DNA from: Lobosporangium transversale
Taxonomy: Eukaryota
DNA length: 64,000 nt
Assembly: GCF_002105155.1 (NCBI RefSeq)
Contig: NW_019028981.1
Coordinates: 868,001 to 932,000, forward strand
Direction: 5' to 3'
Positions 11,854-24,163 of the stretch are shown one piece after another. How positions within the stretch are numbered: the stretch's first letter is position 1; each line of letters opens with the position of its first letter. Made by a program: the position numbers and the translations under genes. Below the pieces are notes generated by a model that was not told where the DNA came from, ran no database searches, and saw only the letters and a list, made by a program, of their open reading frames with translations.

Positions 11854-12226
11854 GGCAAAAAAAAAAAAAAAAAAAAATCAAATGCAGGGGTAAATTTTTA
11901 AATTTTATCTAGGAAAATATCAGAGGGATCTAGGGAAAAATATCAGAGGGAAATATAAGCGGTTTCTGGCGGGGTCGGTGGTTCGATGAACCATTGCTAC
12001 CATGTAAATAGTAACAATCAAAGGTGATCTTAGGTGGAATCGAAGGTCAAAGGATACTTTATTTGGCTATAACGTAGTGGACTATTTATACTGATAATTA
12101 ATAGGGTTGGGGCTTGGTGTCTTGGCACTTGGGCTTGGCGTCTTGGCGCCTGGGGTGCGCGTGATAGTTGAGCCCTCCTCAAAGGTTTGAGTCAGTATTG
12201 TATAACACGTTTGCACCTGACAACGA

Positions 12227-14516
12227 TATGGATATGGAGAGCGTGATGAGCGGCAGCGTGATGAATGAGAGCTTAGTGACGAGGAGCGTGGGAAGCTCCA
12301 GCGTGGCAAGCAGCACGGCGATCAACCGAAGCTGGGCGTGGTCACTGAAGAACAAGTGGGCCGAGCGTGTTAAAACTAAGAGTGGCTCTGGTATGCGCTG
12401 CTGTTACCCTAGCTGCGGGAAAACCTTTGGTTCATCGAATATGTCAACTTCAGGGGTCATCCAGCATCTGTGGCGAGTACATCGCATCACTAAAGATAGC
12501 AATGCCAATGATGGCAGTCTCTCCAAGCAAGGCCCGATGGACAAGATGCTTAATTCATTTTCTCAGCCAAAAGTATTTGACCCTACGAGATTTGACGAAT
12601 TGCTTGTCCGATTCGTTATCACAACAAAGCAGCCATTTACGATTGTCAAAAGCACTGCTCTCCAGGAGCTTCTAGTCCATGCTACAATGGCTACAGCATC
12701 TCAAGTAAAGCTACCGTCTGATGACACCATGGCAACCAAGGTAAAACTATTATTACTATGATTATGATTATTATTATTATTATTACTCTTCAATTATTAT
12801 TTTTTTTTTACAACAAACATCAACCAAACACTGACAAAAAGATGGATTAAAAATAGGCTAAGCTAAAATACCAATACATGGAGCATCAAGTCATAAGCTT
12901 ATTTGAGGATATTAACAAGGTATCACTGACCGTTGATGGCTGGACAAGCCCTTTCCAAGACAACTTCCTGGGGGTAACAGCTCACTGGATTGATCATGAC
13001 TGGCGCCAACAAGAGCTGGTCATTGGATTTGAGCCATTGTATGGAGCGCATACAGGTGAGAACTTAGCGGAATCTCTGGCTAAGGTCATCGATCGATTTA
13101 AAATTGGTGACAAGCTTCTAAGTATCACCACCGACAATGCGTCAAATATGTCCAAAATGATCCGAGAGCTTGAAAAGCATCCCAAGGCAGTAGAATGGTA
13201 ATTCTCAGTCACTTTCAATAATGCTAGCGCATCTAGTAATGAGTTATCTCTAACGTTCTTTTAAAAAAAATAAAAATAAATAAAAATAAAAAACATTAGG
13301 TCGCTCAAGGATGGCTTATACCATGTGCCATGTCTTGGACACATCATTAATCTGGCAGTTCAGGCGATTTTGGGTCCAAGTGGTTTGAATGACTTGGCTC
13401 CTGAAAATGACAGTCTCTACGTGAACAACAATGAGTGTGAGGATGCGGTTGGGTTAACGCTTGTAACGCTGAGTACATTACAGAAACTCAGAAAAGGCAT
13501 TGTTAAGATCAGGTCAGTATTACTATATAATCTTGACTGCAAATATAAACTTGAATCATGAAACCTAACTATAAAATACCTTTTATATCGACTTATACAT
13601 AGAGCTTCGCCACAAAGAATTGACAAGTTTGGCCAGGTCTGCGCTATCCTGAAATGCCCAAACCTTGAACTGAAAAGGGATAACTGCACACGTTGGAACT
13701 CTACTTTCATCATGGTGGATAGGGCAATAACGTTAAGGCTAGCCTACCAGAGCATGTGCCAGAACAAACCGTTTTTATCGGCCTTCTCCCTGAAAGACGA
13801 AGAATGGGGATACCTGAAGAAGCTCCATATTTTGCTTAGCCAGTTTAATGATATCACAGCGACGGTGTCTTCTAGCCTGGGATACCCGACAATCAACAGA
13901 GCCATGTCTGCTTACAAACAACATGATCGACCACCTAGAAGATTATATTGAAAAAGAAGAGGATCCTCCACTAAAAAACGCAGCAGGTCAAGGGTTAAAG
14001 AAGCTTTTGCGTTATTATTCTAAAACTGATTCCTCAGCGGTCTATGCCGTCGCCACTGCTATGGACCCGAGGATGCGGTTTGACTGGTGGGAAGCTAACG
14101 AATGGGGTGAATATATTCAAAGCAGCCAAGACATGGTAACGAAGGTCTGGGAAGATGAATATAAGGGCAAAGAAGGCCCAAGTCAGCTCCCAGCTGAAGA
14201 AGAAATGGAGATGAGACGCTATGGTATCAAGAAAAAAGGTGGAGAGCTTGAATTATACGTTTGAGAAGGAAGTTCTCTAGTTGCTAGTAAACATGAGCCT
14301 CCAGAGTTAGTGTACTGGCGATCACAAAAGGAGCGCTTGCCCAATTTGGCGAATATGGCAAAGGACTATCTTGCAGTCCCTGTGACATCAACCCCGGCAG
14401 AAAGATGCTTTTCGCAAGCCAAGTTCTTCCTGCCACCTGAAAGAAATAGCCTTAGCCCTACGACGATCCAGCGCTTGGTCATCCTGGACTCTTGGATGAA
14501 TGCTCCCATAAATTAG
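12227..14516 (+). pseudogene. hAT transposase with BED finger; exons ~12227-12740, 12857-13197, 13300-13512, 13603-14516
   Basis: CCYPSC...HLWRVH, LTVDGWTS, TTDNASNM, CLGHIINL, TRWNST, TSTPAERCFS. GT-AG introns keep the frame. Frameshift near 13918 and in-frame TGA at 14262. Confidence 0.9.
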
Positions 14517-14545
14517 TTGCTATAGTTCTGTATACATTCGTTATA

Positions 14546-16165
14546 CACTATCATGCAAAACTGATTCAATAATTCTTCCCATGTGCATTTCTTTTTTTCA
14601 TTCCTAGAAACCGTATATGCATACACCACTCATACTTTGGTTTAATAAAGCTCCCGTCTTCTTCTACGTCATAGTGATGCGTTGTGACATTAGCTTGTCT
14701 CATTTGAATAGCTAATGACTTTTTTGTTCATGCAGGTCATTGAATCAGTTTCACATGTGGTCTAAAATGTTGCCATGACAACTTTTGGACGTCATTTAAT
14801 GCCAGTAAAAAAAGGACTTTTCTCTCTTTCCTTTATGAACACTTGCTTAACTCTCTCTTAACTATACCTTCACAGAATATGAGACCCACTCCACAAAGGA
14901 AAGTCAACGAAGCCAGGGGTTAATGATGGGAGGCATGTCTACTAGAGAAACTGCTGCTAGTGTTGGTATATCAAAGCGACGGCCACCGGATCTATGCACA
15001 TAATAAGGAGTACATGCCAGTCATAAAGGCGGTCGACCAAGGAAAGTACCTAGAGGTATCATGCAGTATCTTAAGGTGAACATGAAACGAGGTACACTCA
15101 AGTCTGCAGTTGAGGCCACCGTCAGAGCCAACCAGCTCATACCAGCGGCTGTTCTGAGACCACCGTTAGACGACGGCTCAAGGAGTTAGGATTGACAGCA
15201 AAGAGGCGTGTACATAAGCCAGCTTTACGTCGACGGCATATTAAAGCTCGTTTGCATTTTATCAATTAGTATAAGGAATTGACTCTGGAAGATTGGAAAA
15301 AGGTTATTTGGTCAGATGAATCGAAAATAAACCGAATCTGCTCTGATGGCGTGCAGTGGATCTGGGACACACTCCGGGACGCCTCACTCGCAGGTCGGTG
15401 CAAGGCACTGTCAAGTTTGGGAGTGGTAACGTTAAAGTGTGGTCATGCTTCTCATGGTACGGACCTGGATACATTGCAAAGATTGACAATAATATGGGCG
15501 CACAACTTTACATCAAACTACTCCAGGAGGATCTACAGATGTCGCTTGATGACTGGGGCCTAACTAAAAGCGATATCGTTTTTCAGCACGACAATGACTC
15601 AAGCACACGGCGAAGATTGTTACGAAGTATTTGGAGTCAGTACATCTGACAGAAGAGGAAGGTACACTTCTAGAGTGGCCAGCACAATCCCCTTACCTCA
15701 ACCCTATTGAACACATGTGGGCAGAATTGGATAGGCGGCTCTCTAGGTATCCGGAGCGAGCTAAGAGCTGTGATGAACTATGGGAGCGAATATCGGTTGA
15801 ATGGTACAGGATCCCAGTGGACTTCTGCCGAAACTCATCATAGGTATCCATAAGAGACTGCAAGCTGTCAGTGATGCCCATGGTTGGAATACTATCTATT
15901 GATGTAAGGTTATGGCTCACAAAAGAATAAAGATCTTTGGCCACCGAATGGCACATGTGAACTGATTCAATGACCTGCATGAACAAAAAAGCCATTAGCT
16001 ATTCAAATGAGACAAGCTAATGTCACAACGCATCACTATGACGTAGAAGAAGACGGGAGCTTTATTAAACCAAAGTATGAGTGGTGTATGCATATACGGT
16101 TTCTAGGAATGAAAAAAAGAAATGCACATGGGAATGAATTATTGAATCAGTTTTGCATGATAGTG
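14546..16165 (+). mobile_element. Tc1-A copy 2, full length (1620 bp), transposase (14879-~15902) disrupted
   Basis: ~214-bp TIRs. TA TSD at 14544-45 and 16166-67. Several 1-bp indels and a TAG at 15267-15269. Confidence 0.96.
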
Positions 16166-16344
16166 TAAGTGATAAGTCAAAACTTAAATATATTTCCAAC
16201 ATTTGAACGTTAGTCGAATGTACGTGGCGCACAAATTGTGTAAGCCCATTCTAACCTGTCAAGTTTTTTATTCCAAAAAGCCGATATAGTCGTATTAAAT
16301 AGTGCATAGATACATTCGATGCGCTTAAAAAATCGGCTTCGATG

Positions 16345-16410
16345 CATTCGGTAAATCGGTTTCGATACATTCGGTAAACGGTTTCGATACATTCGGTAAA
16401 CGGTTTCGAT
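16345..16410. repeat. 22-bp tandem repeat (about 3 units) in the hAT subterminal region
   Basis: CATTCGGTAAACGGTTTCGATA repeated. Confidence 0.85.
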
Positions 16411-16586
16411 ATAATCATACGACCCATGCTACACATTAGGGGTATCATTCAACACATTCGATTCATTCGATTCGATACAGGAATGGAGCATTCAATTTCG
16501 GTACAAACTTTACCCTGAGCCGAAACCGAATCGAATGCATTCAATCCCATTCAATTTCGGTTGTATCGAATCGATTAGGAGCACTG

Positions 16587-17750
16587 AGTTGAGATACTGA
16601 AAATCATTAGGATCACCGAGGACATGGCCTGTATGCTTATAGTAATACGTGATACGGAGTTGCTTCTTTCCCTCCTTCATTGCTAATTCGGGATCCCCAC
16701 TATCGTCTTTCATGTTGTGGACTAGAAGCTTGGCTCTACATCCGACTTTTTGGCTCTTCTTAAAGACGCGCCTCCTTTTCTTTTGCCTTTGTTCCTGCCC
16801 AGGGTCTTGAGGGGAATCTTGAGAGGAGTCTTGAGGGGAGTCTTGATGAGCGGTTTGAACGCGATTTTGGCCTCGCGAGTCATGGTTAGGGTGGCATTCG
16901 TAGGTTTGAAAATAAAAGTATTTGCTTCTGCCATCTGCCTTATTATCTCGATGTACACGGCGCATCCAAACAAAATAAAGATCGCGACTATTCCTGTTCA
17001 AGCCAAGCGCTGAAGTCCTCCTCGTTCACGTAAAAAATACGGGGCAGATAGTCATACGGTTCTGTACGGGAGTCGTTACAATGTCTTTGATCGTTTTCAT
17101 CATCGAGAGTCGACTTAATCCATTGGTAATCATGCACCTCCGAGCACAAATCTCAGTTGCTATTTCATTGGCCTTCGCAATGACACTCTCGTCTAGTTCT
17201 GGACTCTCTGAGCCACCCGGCATAAGTGAGCTTTCCCCGGTACCAAAATCCGCAGAAGGATGGATGCTAATGGCTTCAACAGGAGCTGCAGATGATTCAG
17301 GCTCTATTTCTGGGTCGGAATCCGAAGCCCCACTCGAATAGTCATTGTAGTCAACGTTCCACGAGTCCCGGTCAGAGTCTGATTCCTCGCTCCCATGCTC
17401 ACAGTCAGAATCGAATTCTTCTAGATCATCAGCGCGATCTATTTCATCTACATCATCAACGACTATCCTCAATAACTTCTGCACTCTACACAGAAAGCAA
17501 GGTCAAGGAGAACCGAGAGTGATTAATATATGTGCAAATATATATTATTGATAAGGTAACATTGCCTCCGCACCATAATGCTTGTTCGATGAAATGATCT
17601 AAATAATACACATGTTGATTTACATTCAGAGTTCATTCAACATTCGACGCGTAATGGCAACAGTTGCGAGCTGAATATTATCAACGATTTTTACCTGGAG
17701 AGACAGAGGTGTATAAGAAGAATTGATTATCAAGATCGCATTTCTGCGTG

Positions 17751-17785
<35 letters not shown>

Positions 17786-17843
17786 TGACGTATTAGAATC
17801 GCCTTTATTATCACCCTTAATGGTACCACATCTAAGGGAATTC
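16587..17843 (-). mobile_element. MULE copy 2: 5' end and N-terminal transposase fragment only
   Basis: Nearly identical to ~4513-5763, with several indels. Truncated at DFQYL by the hAT end. Confidence 0.93.
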
Positions 17844-17899
17844 GATATTTATTCGAATTAAGCAAATTAAATTTCAGAGGCGGAAGTTTATTACCTCTT

Positions 17900-19816
17900 C
17901 TCGCAGGTCTAAGGGACTCCAATAAGACTGCGAAATTTTTTGGAGTGTCATGCAGAAAATCGTTTTTCAATGAATGTTATCGATTTTTTGTTGGCCGGTT
18001 CAATGTAGCCTGATACAAGAAGCTGTGCAAGCTCTTTTTGATTCCTGTTAAGCTCTTCATTCCCGATTATGGGAATTGTTTGCTCTCCATTGATTCAGTG
18101 TTGATGCTGCTCAAAATTTCTGAAATTTGACTTGGTTTCTTACATAACGCAGAGATTCCTGTAGACAGAGTGCTCCAATTTCGCAAATTCCTTCTTCGAT
18201 AATACACTGACTGCAATCTGGTTGAACAAATGCGCTGCGGCCCGTCTGCTCCTTTTCTGAGCTGTAGTTACTCACAAGAGTGAAGATGCTGTAGGGCTGC
18301 ATTAAGTGACTTGGAGTTAATGGGCCCCATGCTCGACAAAGGAGGTATGATTGTAGCTTGTCAATTTGCTTCGAATTTGACGGATTTGCTCCACTTTATT
18401 TTCATGCTCGCTATACCAAACGTCCTTGTCACTTGCAATCTCCATTGCTCTATCGATGGATTCCTGTCAAGATAAATCCTTGTGTTGAATGAGTCCTTTC
18501 ATCTTCAATCAAGAAGAAAGAGTTTTGCCGCCTACGGATGGTTTCTCTTTTCGGTCAATGCGGATTGATTGATGTGACAAGGGCGTTCATTGTGTGAGTT
18601 CCGATTACTAACCTCTCACCATCGTTTGAATGCATTGTTGTTGGATACACGCCCACATATCGGTGCTCGTGACTTCCTGGAGTTGATGTTTTAGTGGCGA
18701 TCCCTTTGGAGACTGGAACGGTTCACACATGAACATCGATATGCTTCTTTCGTCCATACACTTCGATGCAATTTATTAAGAGGGCATGGGAATTGCTTGC
18801 TGTGGTTTTCACTAGTATGCATCCTGCAAGGATCTTGGCACATGCACATCTCCGTGCTGTACTCTCTAGAGCCCAGTCTTCATTTAGAAATTGGCTTACT
18901 TTCTTGTCCAGCTCACGTACTTCCTCTGTTCAAGAATTGAAGCGTATGGTGAACTCTGAAATACTTCTTTCAAATCTGGTGCTTGAGAAGGTTGGCATTT
19001 GGAACATTGCACATCGGCAGTAATATTGTCGGGCAATGCTCTTTCGGTGGTGATAGAAAGGGCCCATTGGAAGAAAGTCGCTCCAGTTTCTTCACATGTG
19101 CAAGAAGAACCTCTTCATCCCCTTGATTGTTTTTTACAACGATGGGAACTGCCTCTAATAATCAACAAAGAGCAATGCTTTTTTTTTTTCAGTTTGCGAG
19201 CCATGACTTTGCTCTGATGCTTCCAAAGCTAGCTCCCTGAAGGAACGTTTTTTTTGGTCGGTTGTTGCTGTAGACGAGTTCTCCCAATGAGAGCTGGATG
19301 TAGCAGGCGAAGAAAGTTGAAGCCGAACTTAGTGGATTGGTTGAAGGAGTAGTGAGACTCTTGATTTCTTGTTGGTTCAAGACGATTCTTTCAAGTTGTG
19401 CTTGGCTTTGCTCCTCGATGCCCCCATTTGCTGAAACGTTTGGGTAATCATGCAAAGATGCTGGGTCAGGACCGTTGATGACGCCTTCCTTTGCTGTAGC
19501 ATTTGGGTGATCATGCAAAGATGTTTGATCAGGAGCGTTATTGATGATTTTCAATGGTATTAGTTCACAGTTTTTGGAAATGTGCTCCTTGATTCCTTTC
19601 CTCGTTTTAATTGCCTTTTTGCAAAAAGGGCAAGAAAATACCATTCAACGGGACACGTGCAAGCTTTCGTTGATGCCATAAGAAATTGGAAAGTGTAATG
19701 TTAATACTCTCCTTGTGATAGTCGTCATTGTGTCTCTTTAGATGTATTCTTTTTTCGAAGACCTTTGGGCAAATTGAACAGTTCCAGGAACGTGAGTGGG
19801 TTTCGCGTTGATCCAT
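17900..19816 (-). pseudogene. Degenerate gene with two N-terminal zinc fingers
   Basis: CSICPKVFEKRIHLKRHNDDYH (C2H2) and CPFCKKAIKTRKGIKEHISKNC (C2HC) in different frames. Further coding-like fragments continue to at least ~18450. 3' end uncertain. Confidence 0.6.
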
Positions 19817-19890
19817 GTTTCATGTAGCGGTTACTCTTTTCGAACTAAAACAAAGGAAGAATGGGTTAGTGGAAGCAAAGCAGCGGCAAA

Positions 19891-22247
19891 TGAAAAAAAA
19901 TAGGGCGCATAGTGAAAATTAAACAGCACAAAAAAAAAAAAATAGGGCGGATAGTGGAAATTAAACAGCACAAAAAAAAAAAAATAAGGCGGATAGTGGA
20001 AATTAAACAGCACAAAAAAAAAATAGGGCGGATAGTGGAAATTAAACAGCACAAAAAAAAAAATAAGGCGGATAGTGGAAATTAAACAGCAAAAAAAAAA
20101 ATAAGGCGGATAGTGGCATCAGCACAAAAAAAAAAATAGGGCGCATAGTGAAATTAAACAGCACAAAAAAAAAAAATAGGGCGGATAGTGGAAATTAAAC
20201 AGCACAAAAAAAAAATAAGCGGATAGTGGAAATTAAAACAGCACAAAAAAAAAAAATAAGGCGGATAGTGGAAATTAAACAGCACAAAAAAAAAATAAGG
20301 CGGATAGTGGAAATTAAACAGCACAAAAAAAAAAATAAGGCGGATAGTGGCATCAGCACAAAAAAAAAAATAGGGCGCATTGTGAAATTAAACAGCACAA
20401 AAAAAAAAATAGGGCGGATAGTGGAAATTAAACAGCACAAAAAAAAAAATAAGGCGGATAGTGGAAATTAAACAGCACAAAAAAAAAAATAAGGCGGATA
20501 GTGGCATCAGCACAAAAAAAAAAAATAGGGCGCATTGTGAAAATTAAACAGCACAAAAAAAAAAATAGGGCGGATAGTGGAAATTAAACAGCACAAAAAA
20601 AAAAATAAGGCGGATAGTGGAAATTAAACAGCACAAAAAAAAAAAATAAGGCGGATAGTGGAAATTAAACAGCACAAAAAAAAAAAAATAAGGCGGATAG
20701 TGGAAATTAAACAGCACAAAAAAAAAAATAGGGCGGATAGTGGAAATTAAACAGCACAAAAAAAAAAATAGGGCGGATAGTGGAATTAAACAGCACAAAA
20801 AAAAAAATAAGGCGGATAGTGGAAATTAAACAGCACAAAAAAAAAAAATAAGGCGGATAGTGGAAATTAAACAGCACAAAAAAAAAAATAGGGCGGATAG
20901 TGGAAATTAAACAGCACAAAAAAAAAATAGGGCGGATAGTGGAAATTAAACAGCACAAAAAAAAAATAAGGCGGATAGTGGAAATTAAACAGCACAAAAA
21001 AAAAAAATAAGGCGGATAGTGGCATCAGCACAAAAAAAAAAATAGGGCGCATAGTGAAAATTAAACAGCACAAAAAAAAAAAATAGGGCGGATAGTGGAA
21101 ATTAAACAGCACAAAAAAAAAAATAAGGCGGATAGTGGAAATTAAACAGCACAAAAAAAAAAAAATAAGGCGGATAGTGGAAATTAAACAGCACAAAAAA
21201 AAAAAAATAAGGCGGATAGTGGAAATTAAACAGCACAAAAAAAAAAATAAGGCGGATAGTGGAAATTAAACAGCACAAAAAAAAAAATAAGGCGGATAGT
21301 GGCATCAGCACAAAAAAAAAAATAGGGCGCATAGTGAAAATTAAACAGCACAAAAAAAAAAAATAGGGCGGATAGTGGAAATTAAACAGCACAAAAAAAA
21401 AAAAATAGGGCGGATAGTGGAAATTAAACAGCACAAAAAAAAAAAAATAAGGCGGATAGTGGAAATTAAACAGCACAAAAAAAAAAAATAGGGCGGATAG
21501 TGGAAATTAAACAGCACAAAAAAAAAAAATAGGGCGGATAGTGGAATCAGCACAAAAAAAAAAAAATAGGGGCGGATAGTGGAAATTAAACAGCACAAAA
21601 AAAAAAAATAGGGCGGATAGTGGAAATTAAACAGCACAAAAAAAAAAATAGGGCGGATAGTGGAAATTAAACAGCACAAAAAAAAAAAATAAGGCGGATA
21701 GTGGAAATTAAACAGCACAAAAAAAAAAATAGGGCGGATAGTGGAAATTAAACAGCACAAAAAAAAAAAATAAGGCGGATAGTGGAAATTAAACAGCACA
21801 AAAAAAAAAAATAGGGCGGATAGTGGAATCAGCACAAAAAAAAAAAAATAGGGCGGATAGTGGAAATTAAACAGCACAAAAAAAAAAAAAATAGGGCGGA
21901 TAGTGGAAATTAAACAGCACAAAAAAAAAAAATAGGGCGGATAGTGGAAATTAAACAGCACAAAAAAAAAATAGGGCGGATAGTGGAAATTAAACAGCAC
22001 AAAAAAAAAAAATAGGGCGGATAGTGGAAATTAAACAGCACAAAAAAAAAAAAATAAGGCGGATAGTGGAAATTAAACAGCACAAAAAAAAAAAATAGGG
22101 CGGATAGTGGAAATTAAACAGCACAAAAAAAAAAATAAGGCGGATAGTGGAAATTAAACAGCACAAAAAAAAAAATAAGGCGGATAGTGGAAATTAAACA
22201 GCACAAAAAAAAAAATAGGGCGGATAGTGAAATTTAAACAGCACAAA
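19891..22247. repeat. Tandem array of roughly 55-60 units of ~40 bp: TA(A/G)GGCGGATAGTGGAAATTAAACAGCAC plus A10-15
   Basis: Directly visible. Unit count estimated from length. Recurrent variant units. Confidence 0.98.
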
Positions 22248-22254
22248 GAAGAGC

Positions 22255-22443
22255 TGCTAATGTCAAGGTGCTCGAGGGGAATCTAAGGGTACTAAAAAGG
22301 TGTCTTTATTCAAGCGAATTGTGCTGCTGAACTAGATGGAAAAGTGGGCCTATTTATTGCAGCTAATTTCCTGCTGCAAGGAATTCTCCAGAAAATTAGA
22401 GGAAATACTGTTGCACAAAATTTGTGATGTAATTTCGCTTGCA
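22255..22443 (-). mobile_element. Diverged solo LTR of the Gypsy C family
   Basis: Aligns by eye to the revcomp of 37848-38042 (TGCTAATGTCAAGG...ATTTCGCTTGCA). No clear TSD. Confidence 0.85.
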
Positions 22444-22828
22444 AGGAACTTTTTTTGCAACTTCGAAAAAGGGGTGTTAAAATAATACTGTGTCTGGTGG
22501 GAAAAGTGTTTTTTTGGTGATTATGAAACTGTTCAGGTCAAACAAGTTGCTGGAGAGCAAAGGGAAAAACAGAAGTTGAACGAGAGGACGTCCAATGATG
22601 TAAGGGAAAAAAGCGGTGGAGCAATAAAGAAAAGCGTTGAAAAAAAGAAAAAAGAAGGGTGTACCAGAAGAATAAAACGATGCTGTCAAGACTGACAATG
22701 AAAAACAATGAAGAGACAAAGACGTAATATTTTGGAAAGAGGGAAAGAAAGATGCGGAGAAGGAAAAGAAGAAAGAGGGTGGAAGGCATTGAGAACAAAG
22801 AAAAACAAAACATCGTGTGAAACAAAAA

Positions 22829-22861
<33 letters not shown>

Positions 22862-23357
22862 AAAGAAAATGCCCCTGAAAATGGTCTGAACTGCAGTGAA
22901 GTTAATCGAGTGCAAAAAAATGAAGAAAAGAGCGGGTTCGAGATTAAAATAAATAACAGCAAAGGACAGGGCAAAAAAATACAGCAATGGACGGGGCAAA
23001 AATTTGAAGAGGATGTGGCAAGGAGCTTTGCAACATGGAATTCACATGCAAAAAAATAAAAAAGAAATCGAAATAAATGAAAGGGTGAAGTTGAACAGAA
23101 ATGGAAAAAGTAACAAACGGTGGGTAATTTGTTCAAATTAAAAAAATTTTGGTGCTTATCCCCATCCCGTCCACGGCAACGCACAGTGTCAACTCTTTTA
23201 CATACCCAGGGAGATTCAAAGCTTCTCTCGGTGTTAATTAGGCAAGAAGGACAAGAAAACTTACAGAAAATGAGCCGCAGCAGCACTGGAAAGCAGGGAG
23301 GGAAAATAAGATGAAAGAGTAAGAAGAGAATAAGCTGATGAAAGAAGGCGACGAATG

Positions 23358-23438
23358 AGAATATGAATGTGAATGTGAGTGCGAATGTGAATGTAAATGC
23401 GAATGTGAATGTCAATGGTCAATGTCAATGTGAATGTG
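23358..23438. repeat. Degenerate (GAATGT)n microsatellite
   Basis: gaatatgaatgtgaatgtgagtgcgaatgtgaatgt... Confidence 0.85.
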
Positions 23439-24163
23439 TGTGGAAGAGCAGAGGAAGACAAAGGCAGAAAATGAAAAATGATGGAGGACAAGGAAGAATA
23501 AAATATCGTGAGAAAAAAAGAAAAAAAAGGCCCCTGAAAAATGGTCTCTGCGGGATGACGTAGAGGGCATGTTTCCTTATTTTAGTGTGACTATATGAGT
23601 ACGTAAGCGTGGACTGACAGCGCCAGGCTCTGAATAGGTGCATGTAGGGGACGTAGGATGGTTGCACTTGGAAGAAGCTCTGCTACCATAAAAAAATATA
23701 TTTTTCTTTCGACCGGTCAAGTTGAAGGACTATAAATCCTCAAATACTGGCTCCTAGGACCTGGTTCCTACATCAATCGATAGGGAATGCTCGGCTATAT
23801 CAGCATACTAAATTTTGAAAAATTTGGCAAAATCCCCATTGCACCCACCCTAAATGCAGATTCTGAACATTGCACTTACCACAGCACGTGGACACGAAAA
23901 TTTTCTCTCGATCAGTCACTTTGGAGACCCATAACCTCCCAAATACTGGGACCAGAGACCTGGGGCCTAGATTACTCGAAAGAGGATATTCTGGGCCATA
24001 TTGCAGCTTAGTGTTCAGTCACGTGCTATTATGATAAAATATTTTCTTACTCTCGACCGGGAACTTTAAACGTCCATAGCTCCTCAAATACTGGGATCTG
24101 TTACTCAGGGCTACCGATCCACAAAATTTCGCAAAATCCGGCACAACACCCCCCTTTATTGTC

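Larger units (their letters stand above)
5996..12215 (-). mobile_element. Ty3/Gypsy chromovirus, family A
   Basis: 213-bp TG..CA LTRs at 5996-6208 and 12003-12215. Minus-strand PBS TGGTAGCAA at 11994-12002 and PPT GACGGGAAGGA at 6209-6219. gag and pol present. Flanks TTGAC and CCTGA do not form a TSD. Confidence 0.95.
12216..16586 (+). mobile_element. hAT transposon, 5' end missing, interrupted by Tc1-A copy 2
   Basis: Transposase present. Right terminus TAGGAGCACTG (16576-16586) matches the MITE TIR. Subterminal TCGAT-rich repeats. Abuts MULE copy 2. Confidence 0.85.

Noticed and set aside
19901..19960. CACTATC shared between the array core (minus strand) and the Tc1-A terminus
   Set aside because: Only 7 bp, with no extension of similarity.
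19891..22247. CRISPR-like array, and the ORFs called across it
   Set aside because: The spacers are only poly(A), there are no cas genes and the context is eukaryotic. The ORFs are translations of the repeat.
22477..23415. 312-aa Phe/Leu/Ser-rich ORF
   Set aside because: Antisense reading of purine-rich low-complexity DNA with no domain.
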